From Octopus sinensis (lineage: Eukaryota), in contig NC_043014.1 of assembly GCF_006345805.1 (NCBI RefSeq), forward strand, positions 23,436,001-23,500,000: a stretch of DNA of 64,000 nt, written 5' to 3'. The notes under the pieces are model-generated. The model had not been told where the DNA came from. It saw only the letters and a list, made by a program, of their open reading frames with translations, and made no database searches. Positions 1 through 31,110 of this stretch are shown one piece after another. Each line of letters begins with the position of its first letter. Positions within the stretch are counted from its first letter, which is position 1. A program made the position numbers and the translations under genes.

Positions 1-249
1 CATAATAATAAATATTCCATTGGTGACTATATTGAGAGACAGCATGATGGAAATAAACAAAAGTGGCTTTACAATATACTCTCTGTCATCATTTGTTGAG
101 GTTGTTATCAGTTTTTTGGGGTTTTTTTATTGGTGAATGCGAGTCAAGCTGTATTTATTTCAAGACCCTGTCTTTAATGACATGAGTAAATACATATAAT
201 TGAGTCAAGTACATCAACATCAAAATAAAAATCAAATGGAAATTGTAGT

Positions 250-620
250 GATACACGTGCCAGTGGTACATAAAAAGCACCATCCGAACGTGGCCAATGC
301 CAGTGCCGCCTTGACTGGCTTCCATGTCAGTGGCATGTAAAAAGCACCATCTGAACATGGCCGATGCCAGCGCCACCTTGACTGGCTTCCTTGCCAGTGG
401 CACGTAAAAAGCACCAACCAGTCGTGGCTGCTGGCACGTAAAAAGCACCAACCAGTCGTGGCTGCTGGCACGTAAAAAGCACCCACTACACTCACGGAGT
501 GGTTGGCGTTAGGAAGGGCATCCAGCTGTAGAAACACTGCCAGATCAGACTGAAGCCTGGTGCAGCCTCCTGACTTTCCAGGCCCCGGGCAAATGGACAT
601 TAAATGATGATGATGCTGAT
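250..620 (+). mobile_element. RTE 3'-tail / SINE-like repeat
   Basis: Internal repeats of GGCACGTAAAAAGCACC, conserved GGTTGGCGTTAGGAAGGGCATCCAGCTGTAGAAA and a (GAT)n tail. Matches the 3' end of the RTE at 4845-7700. Other copies at ~2200-2360(-), 4025-4230(-), 8600-8800(+), 28965-29205(+), 40270-40450(-). Confidence 0.8.
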
Positions 621-1109
621 GATATAAACATTTGTTTTGAAGATGCTGAACACACATTTGTGTGTGTGTTACATATGTATGTGATGTAAGCATGTACGTA
701 TGTATTGTAGGTGCACCCATGTTGTCTATTTTTGTACTAACTATCCCACAGTCGTATCATGCCATGTTATTTTATAATCATTTTTCTAGAATGAGAAGTA
801 TTTTGATGATATATTTTCAGTCAATATTTTTAACTTTCTTTTTGTTTTTTCTAAGATAAAAAGAAAAAACAAACACCAAATGTAAATAAACCAAAATCAC
901 ACAGGAAAAATAAGAATGGAAGATGGAAAGGCAGGCCCAAAACAAACAAAAGAAAAAACAGAAACCGAAAGAAAAATTCTAGAGGCAAATCTAAAAACAG
1001 TAAGACATTTCTTCTAAATTACTAACCATTAATTTGGAAAATCTAACGTTCTTGGTACAAATCCAGTCCAGAAATAAGCTGATCAATGATCAAACTGATC
1101 TAAATGTAT

Positions 1110-1972
1110 TGTGTTGAGTCAAAAGTTTTGCAATATTTTGGCAATTTATTTACTTTATTCATCAAGTTAAACAAAAGCAACCTAGAATTCAAAGTAGAGG
1201 TCATCAAATTGCACAGTCTGAATCCACCTTTCTGCCAGTTCTTTGATTCCACACTGACACCAGTTCTTGATCTTTGAGGCAGAGAATTCCTTCATTGAAG
1301 TTTCCGCCTCTTCTTGGTTGATGAAGCATTGTGAGCACAGGAAGTGAACCATGGAATGGAACAAATAATAATTCAAGGGAACTAGGTCCCGTCTATATGC
1401 TGGGTGTGGCATCAGTTTGATTCCCTCAAGTTCCTGAAGTTTATTCCACATCATTTGAGTGGTGTGAGGTCCTATGTTGTCTTGCTGGAGAAAAGCTCAT
1501 TTTCTGTTGGTACTTTTGCCACACAATGTCATACATCTGCTCCAGCAGTTTGGACTACAGGTTGGTATCAATGATTCAAGTCCAGAATGAGCTCTTAGTG
1601 AATTATCACCAGAAGCAGTGCATCACCCTGTGTTCAAAATCCTGTTGCGTAGTGACACATTCTGGAAGCTGACTTTGCTTGACCACTGCATATGCATGTT
1701 AGGATTGCAGAAAAATATCTCCCTCCGATTATTACTTGTTCCAATCCATGGCTCATTTCCTGCACTAGTGACATTTCATCAATCAAGAAGTGGAAGCTTC
1801 AGTGAAGGAGTTCTTAGCTGTGAAAGAAAAGAAATGTTATCAGCGTAGGATCAAAAATGTGGCTTCAAACAGTGCAACATGAAGCTACTTTGAATGTCAA
1901 GCTGCTTTTGTTGTAACTTTATGAATAAAACAAACAAGTTACCAAAATACTGCAAAATTTTTAACTCAAAAC
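1110..1972. mobile_element. Mariner-derived foldback element (two transposase 3' ends in inverted orientation)
   Basis: Minus ORF 1182-1454 is a mariner C-terminus (HPAYRRDLVPLNYYLF ~ HPPYSPDLAPSDYHLF ... LAERW). The same segment recurs on + at ~1715-1960 and the outer ends are reverse complements. Confidence 0.75.
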
Positions 1973-2809
1973 AATATTAATTTCTCACATAAGCACAAGG
2001 CCTGGAATTTGGTGGTGGGGCAGTCATTTATATGAACTGCAATATATGACCCACTAAGGATGGCAGGCAAATTTGACTTTGGCTAGATTTGAAATCACAT
2101 CTTTATGTAACTAAGTACCGTAAGGTAGTCTGACAATCTACAGTAGTGCTTCCCGACTTTTACTTTTCCAAGGGCCCTTTTCATCATCGTCATCCTTATC
2201 CTATAACATCCATTTTCCATGCTGGCATGGGATGGCTGATCTGACCAGAGGTGGCAAGCAAACAATCCAGTCTGATTTGGCATGGTTTCTACGGCTAGAT
2301 ACCCTTCCTAACATCAACCACTTTATAGTGTGTGCTGGGTGTTTTTAATGTGGCTCCTTGTCTTCAAATAAATTTGAAATTCTCGAAGCTTATTTTTATC
2401 AGGTATATGTTATACACTACAGCCTTTTAAAATTTAGAATGCAGCTGATTAACCTCCTGTACAACCCTTGTTGAACCCAAATAGGGAACTGCTGATAAAA
2501 GAAAGGATAAAGATAATAGTTGGAAAAATTATTCATATTTATTTGTTGTTTTTGCTAGGTTTCTTCACCTTTTGGTATAATATTCTATGTGGTGTTGTAT
2601 AGCCCTAGATCAACTTTGAAACAGCAGACATATGGCCAGCTACTTATTGAGGTATGACCAACAGATCCATTTCTGTCTCTGTTACACTCAGGCTATATTG
2701 TGCACTCTGCATAGTTAAGAAGTCTATGGGATGCAGTGTTATAGCCGAAGCACACTGCACTCTCTCCCCTTTCCAGTCTATTTCAGTAAACCTGTCGTTG
2801 TTATTGTTG

Positions 2810-2990
2810 TTTAGCCCCAGGTCAGCCCTGCTCAAGCAGACTCATAATGAAAAGTATTCCAAGCACAGCTATGTTGTCTTTTCCCTGTGAGCTAGTTCAC
2901 ATTAGCCAATGTATCATATAAATGTGATTTGAGAGAGATTTTGCTGCTGTTTCAGGCAAGTCAAATGAATACTTAAAGCACCCTTGTTGG
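2810..2990 (+). repeat. Unclassified short interspersed repeat
   Basis: TTAGCCCCAGGTCAGCCCTG...TTAGCTGCTATTTCT family; related degenerate copies at ~3675-3910, 4395-4480, 12062-12270. Confidence 0.5.
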
Positions 2991-4721
2991 CTTATGTCTC
3001 TTAATTGTAATGTAATTATGGTGGTGCTAGTGATGATGATGATGATTATTCTTATTTAATTTTCACTGCTGCTACTAGATTTCTGCTTTGAAATATTTTG
3101 AGTTGGTTTCTAAATTAAATCTTAGTGGAAGTGGGTAGCAGCAGTAAAGCAGTGAGAATGATGAGGGAGGGAAGATATACATACACACACACACACATAC
3201 GCATGCGCGCACACACAAACACACACACACACACTGACACACACACACACACTGCATGAGAGAGAGAGAGAGAGAGGTCTGAGGTTAGTTGCTGATAACC
3301 TATGTTTCTGACACAGTTCATCTGTTGCAGTTATTTACAAAATTCTCATCATCATCCCCACCTCATAAATATAGAGCTAAGTATAAGCAGGTGGGACTAC
3401 TTGAACTGCCATGAAAACATCGTGTTTGAGGAAAGAAATTCCAAATATCAAGGCTACTACTATTCAAGTTTTTTTTCTTTTTTGTTACTTTTTTTTTCAC
3501 ATAAGAGGCAAAGGAATAAATTCTTTGGAGACTATTAATAAGTCCCAACCAAACATTCTCAACAGCTTCAAAGTATTTGGAGGTCTTTATCTTTAATTTA
3601 ATTTTTTTATTCATTTATTTGTCTCTTTTTCTGATAATCAGATTATTTACTCCTGATTAAATATGTTGTTGTTGTTTAGTCTCTGAGTGACTCTCATTAA
3701 GCAAACCTTTTGAAAGGTGTTCCGTTTTGTATCATATTCTAGCCATAATGGCTAAGACATATGAGTGAATTAAAGCAAGAACACATTGTGGCCTACATTG
3801 TCCTGTATATTTTTATTTTTGAGTAATGAAAGGATATGAATTGGAGGAAATTTAGCTGCTATTTCTGCCTGGTTGTTTGACTACATGAAGATTTACTTAG
3901 CAGCTTAGACCTAATATGTTGTGATTATGGTAGATTAACTCTGATTGAGTAAACAAATTTTCAAAGATGCTCCAAATGTGACCAGCTCATCATTTATTCA
4001 AATATCATGTATCTAGAACTAGATCATCATCATTGTTTAACGTGCGTTTTCCATGCCGGCATGGGGTGGACAGTTTGACAAAAGCTGGCCAGCCGGAGAG
4101 CTGTCCCTGCTCCATTTCTGTTTTGGTATGGTTTCTATGGCTGGATGCCCTTCCTAACACCAACCACTTCACAGAGCATGCTGGGTGCTTTTCATGTGTT
4201 CCCAGCATGGGTGTATTTATATGTTACTGGCATGAGTGTGTTTTACATATAGTGTATATAAGACTAAAGATATGTTATTAATGAAATAAAGATACAAAAT
4301 ACAAAAGTGAAATGTGTATGAGTAGAATGGGTTGTAACACTTGGTTGATGAGAGATTTTTCTTCTGAATATTTCTCTTGCTGTCTGGTTGATGTTGTTGC
4401 TTAGCTCCTGGTCAGCCCCAACAGAGGAGACTTATGATCATAAAAGTTCCAGTCGTGACCATCACATCATTGTTTTGTTTTTCTTTTCCAGACATAGTGT
4501 AAAACCAACAAAAAAGTCATCCATAGAATGTGATTCAAAGGAAATTTTGGTGTTACTTATAGTATGTTGAGCATCCACGTACAGAGTCAATTTCATTTGG
4601 TCATTGGCTTGTGAGGTTGTAGTTGTTGCGATTAGTTCTATAGAATATGGAAATATGAATTTTGGAATATATGTATATATTGCACATACACAACCAAACA
4701 TCTATCTATCTGCCTGTCTAA

Positions 4722-4755
<34 letters not shown>

Positions 4756-4844
4756 TCTTGATATATATACATGTTCTTGACACCCAGACAGAAGATAAAC
4801 TGTTTTTACTTTAAATTTTTATAAATTTTTACTGATATTTCATA

Positions 4845-7700
4845 AGATGAGATGGAGTTCTGTGATGCGAATAACCTTTTGATCTGCAACACCAACTTCA
4901 GGAAGCCAACCAGCCACCTGATAACCTATCAATTAGGTGACTGCTAGCCAAATAGATTTCATTCTCACCAGACAGTGGGATGCATGGTTGCTCTTAAATT
5001 CAAAGACTCTCTCTGGTGAAGAATGTACACCCCCCCCCTCCACCCCCGCGCTCTCAGCATAGACTAGTCATTAGTGACTTTAGACACCAGGCCAGAACAA
5101 TGCCAAGAAGCAGACTAATCTGGAAAAGAAGGACCTGAAAGTTTAAGGACCCTTCGTATTGTCAGAGGTTTAGGGACATCCTAATTGAGAAGTTTGATGA
5201 CAGGGAGAACCAGCTACAAACTTGTGACATAGAGAGCAACTGGGAAATCTGTGGCTGGTGTAAAGTCCCTTTCAGACCTATGGCTACATGATGGTGGAAC
5301 AATACCATAGACAGGGCCATTAGAGCAAACAGGCCTGAGAGAAGCAGAAAAGAAGAAGTTTGCCTGTGTTCAGCTCCATGAAAACCAACAAACTGAAGTA
5401 TTTCGGATTGCAAGACAATATGTGAAAGAAAATCATGATGTCATAAGAGGGAAATGTGTCCACATGGATGATGGTACACTTGCTTTTAATGATTATGCAA
5501 AAGAAGAAGATTGGAGATGCCATTACGAATGTGGAGAATGAATGGTAGGAGGAGAGTCTGCCAAATGATGACTCAACTGAGGGACCAAATTGACAGTACC
5601 CTGGTAGATAAAGCAATTAAGGATATGAAGACAGGGAAAGCCCCTGGCCCATCAGGAATCACCACTGAGATGCTTAAAATATCTGGCAGTGTGGGTTATG
5701 GTCTAGTCACCTGTATTGTAAATCAGGTGGTTTATGAAGGAGTCATACCCACTAACTGGTGTAATAGCACCATAGTCAACTGCTACAAAGGTAAAGGTTA
5801 AGGTTAGGGTTAGATAGAAATAATTACAGACGTATCAAATTGTTGAATCAGGTAATGAAAGTTGCAGTGATAGTTGTAGTCAAACTAATCAGGGAGAGAG
5901 TTAGTCTATGTAGGAGAGAAATGTGCGGTTTGGCTTTATGCCAGGGAGAAGCACCACTGATGCTATATTTCTTGGAAGGCAACTTCAGGAGAAATACCTA
6001 GCTAAAGATAAACCTCTGTACTTGGATTTTGTTGACTTGGAGAAAGCTTTTGACAGGGTCCCCCCAATCCATTATCTGGTGGTCAATGCCGAAACTAAGG
6101 AAAGATGAGTGGTTAGTCAGAGCTGTACAAGCCTTGTACAGGGATGCTACCAGTAAGGTGAGGGTGTGCAACAAGTACAGCAAAGAATTCAGGGTACAAG
6201 TAGGGGTTCACCAAGGATCGGTACTCAGCCGCCTCTTGTTCACCATAATCCTCCAGGTAATAATGGAGGAATTCAAGATAGGCTGCACTTTGGAGCTCCT
6301 CGATGCTGATGACCTTGCTCTTATAGCTGAATCGCTACCTGAGCTAGAGAAGTTCCAGGTATGGAAACACGGTCTAGAATCAAAGGGCCTTAGAGTTAAC
6401 CTAGCATAAACCAAAGTCCTAGTAAGTAGGTAGATGGACAAATCACAAATCACCTCTCAGGTAGATGGCCCTGCTCAATCTGTAGAAAAGGTGTAGGTAG
6501 AAACTCCATAAAATGCACCCAGTGTAAGCTTTAGACACACAAAAGATGCAGCAACATCAAAGGAAGTTTAACAGAGAAACTAACTTTTGTACGTGGAAGG
6601 TGCACAGGTATAATAAATGCTGAACATGTGAGGAAATTAGATGCCATTAACTGCCAGTGGGGCAAGCTAGAGGTAGTAGATAGCTTCCAGTATCTAGGCG
6701 ACCAGGTTAGTAGTGGAGGTGGTTGTTCTGAGAGTGTAGCTGTGAGAATAAGATTAGGTTGGGAAAAGTTCAGAGAGCTCCTACCTCTGCTCAGAATGAA
6801 AGGCAGATTGTTTGATGCCTGTGCGTGAACAGCTATGCTGCATGGTAGTGAAACATGGGCTATGACAGCCAAGGACATGCGTATGTTTGATAGAAATGAA
6901 GCCAGTATACTTCGCTGGATGTGCAATGTCAGTGTGCATGTTCAACAGAGTGTAAGCATCTTGAGAGAAAAGTTACACATCAGAGGCATCAGATGTGGTG
7001 TGCAAGAGAGACAATTGTGCTGGTATAGTCATGTGATGCATATGGATAGGGACAGTTGTGTAAAGAAGTGCCAATCTCTAACTTTGGAGGTGACCTGTGG
7101 TAGAGGTAGATCAGGAAGACATGGGACAAGACAATAAAGCATAACCTTTGAACTTTGAAATCTCTCAGAGGCAGTGACTAGTGGCCAAGACCTTTGGCGA
7201 TGTGCTCTGCTTTAGGGGATCTGTCAAGCTAAGTGCACACCCATGCTGGTGGTACATAAAAAAAAATCAACCTTGAATGTCAGGCCTTGCAATGGCAAAG
7301 TGGCTGAGTACCTTTCAAGCGTTGGACTGTCAGAGACAAAGTGACTGAGTTCCTTTCGAGGACTGGGCTTCATGGAGGTAAAGTGACTGAGTGTTGGGCC
7401 TCACAGAGGTGAGGTGGCTGAGTTCTTTTCAAGCATTAGGCCTCTTGCTTGAGAAGACCCATCAAGCCAAGCAAAATCACAGTCATGCAGATACCGGTGT
7501 CATGCAAATGGCAGCTATGCCGGTGACATCTAAAAGCACCCATTACACTCTCAGAGTGGTTGGCATCAGGAAGGGCATCCAGCCGTAGAAAACCATGCCA
7601 AATCAGACTGGATCCTGGCACAGCCTTCCAGTGTGCTATCCCAGTCAAACTGTCCAACCCATGCCAGCATGGACAACGGACACTAAATAATCATGATGTA
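4845..7700 (+). mobile_element. RTE-clade non-LTR retrotransposon, 5'-truncated and decayed
   Basis: End of APE domain (NLLICNTNFRKP..HLITY, QIDFIL); RT motifs MKTGKAPGPSGI, FGFMPGRSTTDAIF, DLEKAFDRVP, GVHQGSVLS, LL.ADDL, FQYLGD; many stops and frameshifts; 3' UTR and tail to ~7700. Confidence 0.92.
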
Positions 7701-7914
7701 TGTACATTTATATATATAATTTTATAGATCCAAGAGAGGTAGAACCAAGTACTTCATCCAGTAAGAGATAAATAAAAATTTAGTACACAACCAACAGAGC
7801 TACTAACAGTTTCATGCTTTTATGACACTTGAATAGATATATTTATAAAACACACCATGTATCTCTAATTAATCTTTCAGGCTTTGCTTATGTATGATAT
7901 ATGTTTTAAAAAAC

Positions 7915-8150
7915 AAGCTTAGGCTGTTGCACTCGTGATTGCTAGATCATGGATTTGATCCCTAGACTGAGTGGTGCATTGTGTTCTTGAATGAAACACT
8001 TTATTTCACGTTGCTCCAGTCCCCCATTCGATCAAAGGATGGATGCTCACCTAGCCAGCAGAGTGACATCATTCAAAGGCTAAAACAATGCAAAGCACAT
8101 TGGGACCAGCGATGTGTAACAACATCTGATAGTCTGGTTGGTCACATAAT
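7915..8150 (+). mobile_element. Degenerate tRNA-derived SINE
   Basis: tRNA-like head remnant (GGATTTGATCCC B-box) followed by a TTGTGTTCTTGAATGAAACACTTTATTTCAC core-like segment. Confidence 0.5.
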
Positions 8151-8920
8151 TGTGTGTGTATGTGTATTTGCGTGTAGTTTTGTGTAGAGCTGTTTAATAC
8201 AGAATTGCCGTGAAGTAATGCTACAACTGCTATACATGTACAGACACATTGTAGACCACATCCATAAAAGATGTATTCACCAACATTTTACTATTATTAA
8301 TTCTGTTTCCACCTACCCCTTCTTCCACTACTACTATAAAAGATTTTTCTCTTGAACTAACACACTGAATTCCAACTGCACCTGAACCCACCCTGCTTAA
8401 TCTGCATTATCTCCTTACACCTACACCTCAAAGTCTCATCAAAACACTTTGCTTGCCCTGCAATACTGAAGAACTCCTTTCTTACCTATATTACTATGTT
8501 GATATCAATTTGTAGAAACCAGTCAGATTGATCTTAGCAGCCTTGCTGTGCTGCAAATGTTTGGTCACTGCACTTGTGCTAACACTGAACTTTAAACAAA
8601 AGTATTCATACCGGTGCCATGTAAGGGTGCTCACACCAGTGTCACATTGAAAGCACCCAGTACACTGTAAAGTGAGTGGTGTTAGGAAGGACATCCAGTT
8701 GTAGAAACCATGCCAAATCAAACTGGAACCTGGTGCAGCTCTCCTGCTTGCCAACTCTGGTCAAGCCATCCAACCCATGCATCAAAAATAGACATTAAAG
8801 GAGGAGATGGATGAGAATATATTTGAACTGTTGTAACCATAACAGGTTGCAGTAACTGTGTTTAACATCTGGCTTGTTGTGGCTGCAACACACATATAGG
8901 TTCATTATAAATGGCATTTA

Positions 8921-9316
8921 GAGTGGCTGTGTGGTAAGTAGCTTGCTAACCAACCACATGGTTCCGGGTTCAGTCCCACTGCGTGGCATCTTGGGCAAGT
9001 GTCTTCTGCTATAGCCCCGGGCCGACCAATGCCTTGTGAGTGGATTTGGTAGACGGAAACTGAAAGAAGCCTGTCGTATATATGTGTATATATATATATG
9101 TGTGTGTTTGTGTGTCTGTATTTGTCCCCCTAGCATCGCTTGACAACCGATGCTTGTGTGTTTACATCCCCGTCACTTAGCGGTTCGGCAAAAAAGAGAC
9201 CGATAGAATAAGTACTGGGCTTACAAAGAATAAGTCCCGGGGTCGAGTTGCTCGATTAAAGGCGGTGCTCCAGCATGGCCGCAGTCAAATGACTGAAAAC
9301 AAGTAAAAGAGTAAAA
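8921..9316 (+). mobile_element. tRNA-derived SINE, near full length (family A)
   Basis: A-box TGGCTGTGTGGT, B-box GGTTCAGTCCC, body CTTGGGCAAGTGTCTTCT...GACGGAAACTGAAAGAAGCC, AAAGAGT-like tail. Other copies: ~17570-17695(+), 31672-31920(-), 35748-36075(-), 38722-39030(-), 39531-39670(+). Confidence 0.85.
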
Positions 9317-9401
9317 GTAAAGAGAGTGCTGAATTGATCAAGAAGTGTTTATGAATTTGTTTTGCAAGATTCCTGATGTGGAATCATGTGTTGAAACAGA
9401 T

Positions 9402-9718
9402 ATTGTTATATTTCAGGATGCTTTCCTTTTCTTTTTTTTTTTCTTGCCAAATAAACATACGCACTATATCTTCATTCTTCACTCATTTATTATTATTCTT
9501 ATTTTACCTTATGTTCATTTGTCTGGAAATCTTTCATCAAAATAGGAGGACACACATGGGATGGAAGAGTTGCTGAAGAAGTCACAGGTGTGTGACGAAA
9601 GATTTCCAGACAATGGACATAAGATAAAATATGAACAATGATAAATGAGTGAAGAACGAATATATAGTGCATGTGTTTATTTGGCAGGAAAAAAATGACC
9701 ATCCTGAAATATAACAAT
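9402..9718. repeat. Inverted repeat (arms 9402-9535 and 9597-9718), probable Penelope pseudo-LTR remnant
   Basis: Arms are reverse complements (roughly 80-85% by eye) with a 61-nt spacer containing most of a hammerhead motif. Confidence 0.85.
9569..9611 (+). ncRNA. Minimal hammerhead ribozyme motif (Penelope type)
   Basis: GTTG CTGAAGA A GTCAC aggtgt GTGAC GAAA GATTT C CAGAC: intact core, perfect 5-bp helix II, self-complementary helix III, UUC cleavage triplet. Confidence 0.7.
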
Positions 9719-10000
9719 GACCAAAAAAGATTTGCAGAGAATTTGTTAAAGCAGGCTTAAAAATGCTTGACCCAAAAATTTAGGGAACACAGTACCATAA
9801 TGTGTGAAACCCATAGCAACAGAAGTTTGGGCAATGACATTTGTTATTGTCATTGTTATATAAACCCAAATCAGCTCTAATGAAGCAAATCAATGAACAG
9901 AGACATTCTACCCATGACCATACTTTTTTTTTTTTTTTACTATATATAAGCAACAAAATGGCAGTATCATTAGAGTTTGGATAGAATGTCTCATGGTATT

Positions 10001-10940
10001 TACGAGAGAAAGTAAAAAATTATCCACACTTTCTCCATAACATCTCTTTATTATTGTCACACTGGCTTTTGCACGTGCATGCTTATAGTTGGTACTATTG
10101 TAGTCATGTGATTGAAGCTTGAGCTTGATTTCGCCAATTTTCTTTCTGGCTTTCTGGCCGCTCCACTACCAATGTGCCCCAAAGAAAAATAAAAAGCAGT
10201 GATCAGATTTCTTTGGTTGGAAGGTATGTTAGGTGCTGAAATTCATTGGAGGCTTTTAGCACTACTGCATAGAAGTGTGTATGAATGGATCAAGAAGTTT
10301 AAAAGTGACCAGACAAACATGGCACATGAAGAGGGAGCAGGACACCCATCAACCTCCACCACTGACAAGAAGATTCAGCAAGTTTGAGAGGTAGTAATGG
10401 TGAATCAGCAAGTTATCATTGATGAGGTAGCTCATTCTCTGCATATTAGTCATAGTTCTGTTTATCAAATCATCCACGACAAGCTCAGCTTCCATAAAGT
10501 CTGTGCAAGATGGGTGCCAAGAGAGCTTACTGCAGAGAAGAAGTGCAAACATCTTGAGGTCTGCCAACGTTTATTCGATTGCTACAACAACAAAGGCAAA
10601 AGATTTTTGAGCAGAATAGTCAAGGAGATGAAACATGGGTCTATCATTATGAGACAGAATCCAAAAGACAGAGTATGGAGTGGAAACATCCTGGCTCGCG
10701 AGCAACAAAGAAATTCAAAACTCTGTCTTCCACAGGAAAGGTGATACTAACCCATTTTTGGGACTCAAAAAGGCCTATACTGGAAGACTACCTGGAAAAA
10801 GGGTGTACAATCAACAGTGCAAAATAGAGTGCTTTGCTGACCAACAAACTGAAACCAGTAATTCACACCAAATGCCGAAGTCTATTGTCAAAGAAAGTTT
10901 TGTTGTTGCATGACGATGCACACCCACACAATGCCAACCA
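10001..10940 (+). mobile_element. Mariner transposon remnant, 3'-truncated
   Basis: TA+CGAG TIR-like start; HTH region, KVCARWVPREL, GDETWVYHYE, LHDDAHPH (~HDNARPH); frameshifted. Confidence 0.88.
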
Positions 10941-11312
10941 TATATTAACTCTGCAATCTGAATTAAAATACCATCAAGTTAGCCTTTCATCATTTTGAAT
11001 TGACAGAGCTGTTGGAGCATTGGGCAAAATGTGTTGTGATATTTGACAACACCCGCAACAACACTGATGTGAAGTTGATCATAGTGAGGACGTTTGATGA
11101 TTGGAATTAGATGATAGTGGTGTTTGTGTTAGTGGAAAATGTTAGATGATAATGAGGATGACTAGAAGTTGATCATCATCATTATCACCACTGTATTTAT
11201 ATTAAAAGTAGAGTTCTTTTTATTCAGATAATCATTTTGAAGGCAACAATAGTCATAATCAAAATTTAGACTCAAAAATATATAATTAATTAACATCTAC
11301 CTAATCCTGTTA

Positions 11313-11525
11313 TATTGGTTTCAAATTTTGGCACAAGGCCAGAAATTTCAGGGAGGGGTTAAGTCGATTACATTTAACCCAGTGTTCAACTGGTACTTAT
11401 TTTATAGACCCTGAATGGATGAAAGGCAAAGTTGACCTTGGTGGCATTTGAATTCAGAATGTAAAGAACGACAAAATGCCACTAAGCATTTTGCCCCACA
11501 CAGTAACAATTCTGCAAGCTTACCT
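11313..11525 (-). mobile_element. tRNA-derived SINE (family B)
   Basis: Reverse complement of the CTGGCAGAATCGTTAGC...GAGTTCAAATT...CTTTGCCTTTCATCC...TAAGTACCAG family; further minus copies at ~1990-2100 and 41022-41215. Confidence 0.75.
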
Positions 11526-11812
11526 CCTTATCCTAATCCTGTTGTATTAATCTATCTGAGATCACCTTTGTTTCTCTGGAACGAAACTACCTGCTTTAAA
11601 GTGTACATACCTAAATTAAAAACATTCAATCCTTCCAATTTCTTGATCATTTTCAAAATTAATAAAAAATATGTACAGACAAATTATTTCATTAGAAATA
11701 TACTCACGCATCAGCTTGAGTATATTATGTAATCTTATTTTTTTTAAATTAAAAAGCATGTAGATTCATATTTTATGTAAATTCTTCTTACCTTTGGTTT
11801 AATCCATTTCAG

Positions 11813-30616
<18,804 letters not shown>

Positions 30617-31092
30617 GGGTTAATCAACTTTATAGTTCTTACCAAGAATTTATTATCCTAACCCGAAGAATGTTCAGCAATGTACATGTGTGTGTTGCAT
30701 GACTTGTAATGTAACATAACCTACACAGCTTGTTCAGAATTTGAAAGCAAAACATACAGGTTACACCTTGTAACAGTTTTAAATACATCATCATCATCAT
30801 CATTCTCATATCATCCCCATCATCTTCATCATAATCATCATTGTCATCTTTTATAAATATCATATCACTGAAGTAAAAAAAATGTTTTGAGGAGTAAAAT
30901 TAAATCTACAAAATAATAAGAGAAAAGACAAGAAGTTTCCAGAAAGATTTTATTTTTTCCCATCTCCTGCATTTTGACTTCCAAACAGGATTATCAAAAC
31001 TTCTGAAATACTAATACTACTAATGATAATATCAAAAAAGAAAAAGAAATACAAAAAGAAAAGACAGTAAGTAAATAGAAAGGATTGGGCAA

Positions 31093-31110
31093 AATAAATA
31101 ACTCAATAAA
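31093..31110 (+). promoter_or_regulatory. Candidate polyadenylation signals of ihog
   Basis: Two AATAAA (31093-31098, 31105-31110) about 480 nt after the stop; AT-rich context makes chance occurrence likely. Confidence 0.3.

Noticed and set aside
3331-3390. Possible 60-nt ihog exon (LFTKFSSSSPPHKYRAKYKQ) between ttgcag and gtggga
   Set aside because: It ends in phase 0 (or 2) while the next supported exon needs phase 1, and there is no Ig or FN3 signature; kept only as a weak possibility.
8921-9000. tRNA gene
   Set aside because: A and B boxes are present but there is no complete cloverleaf; it is the head of a multi-copy SINE.
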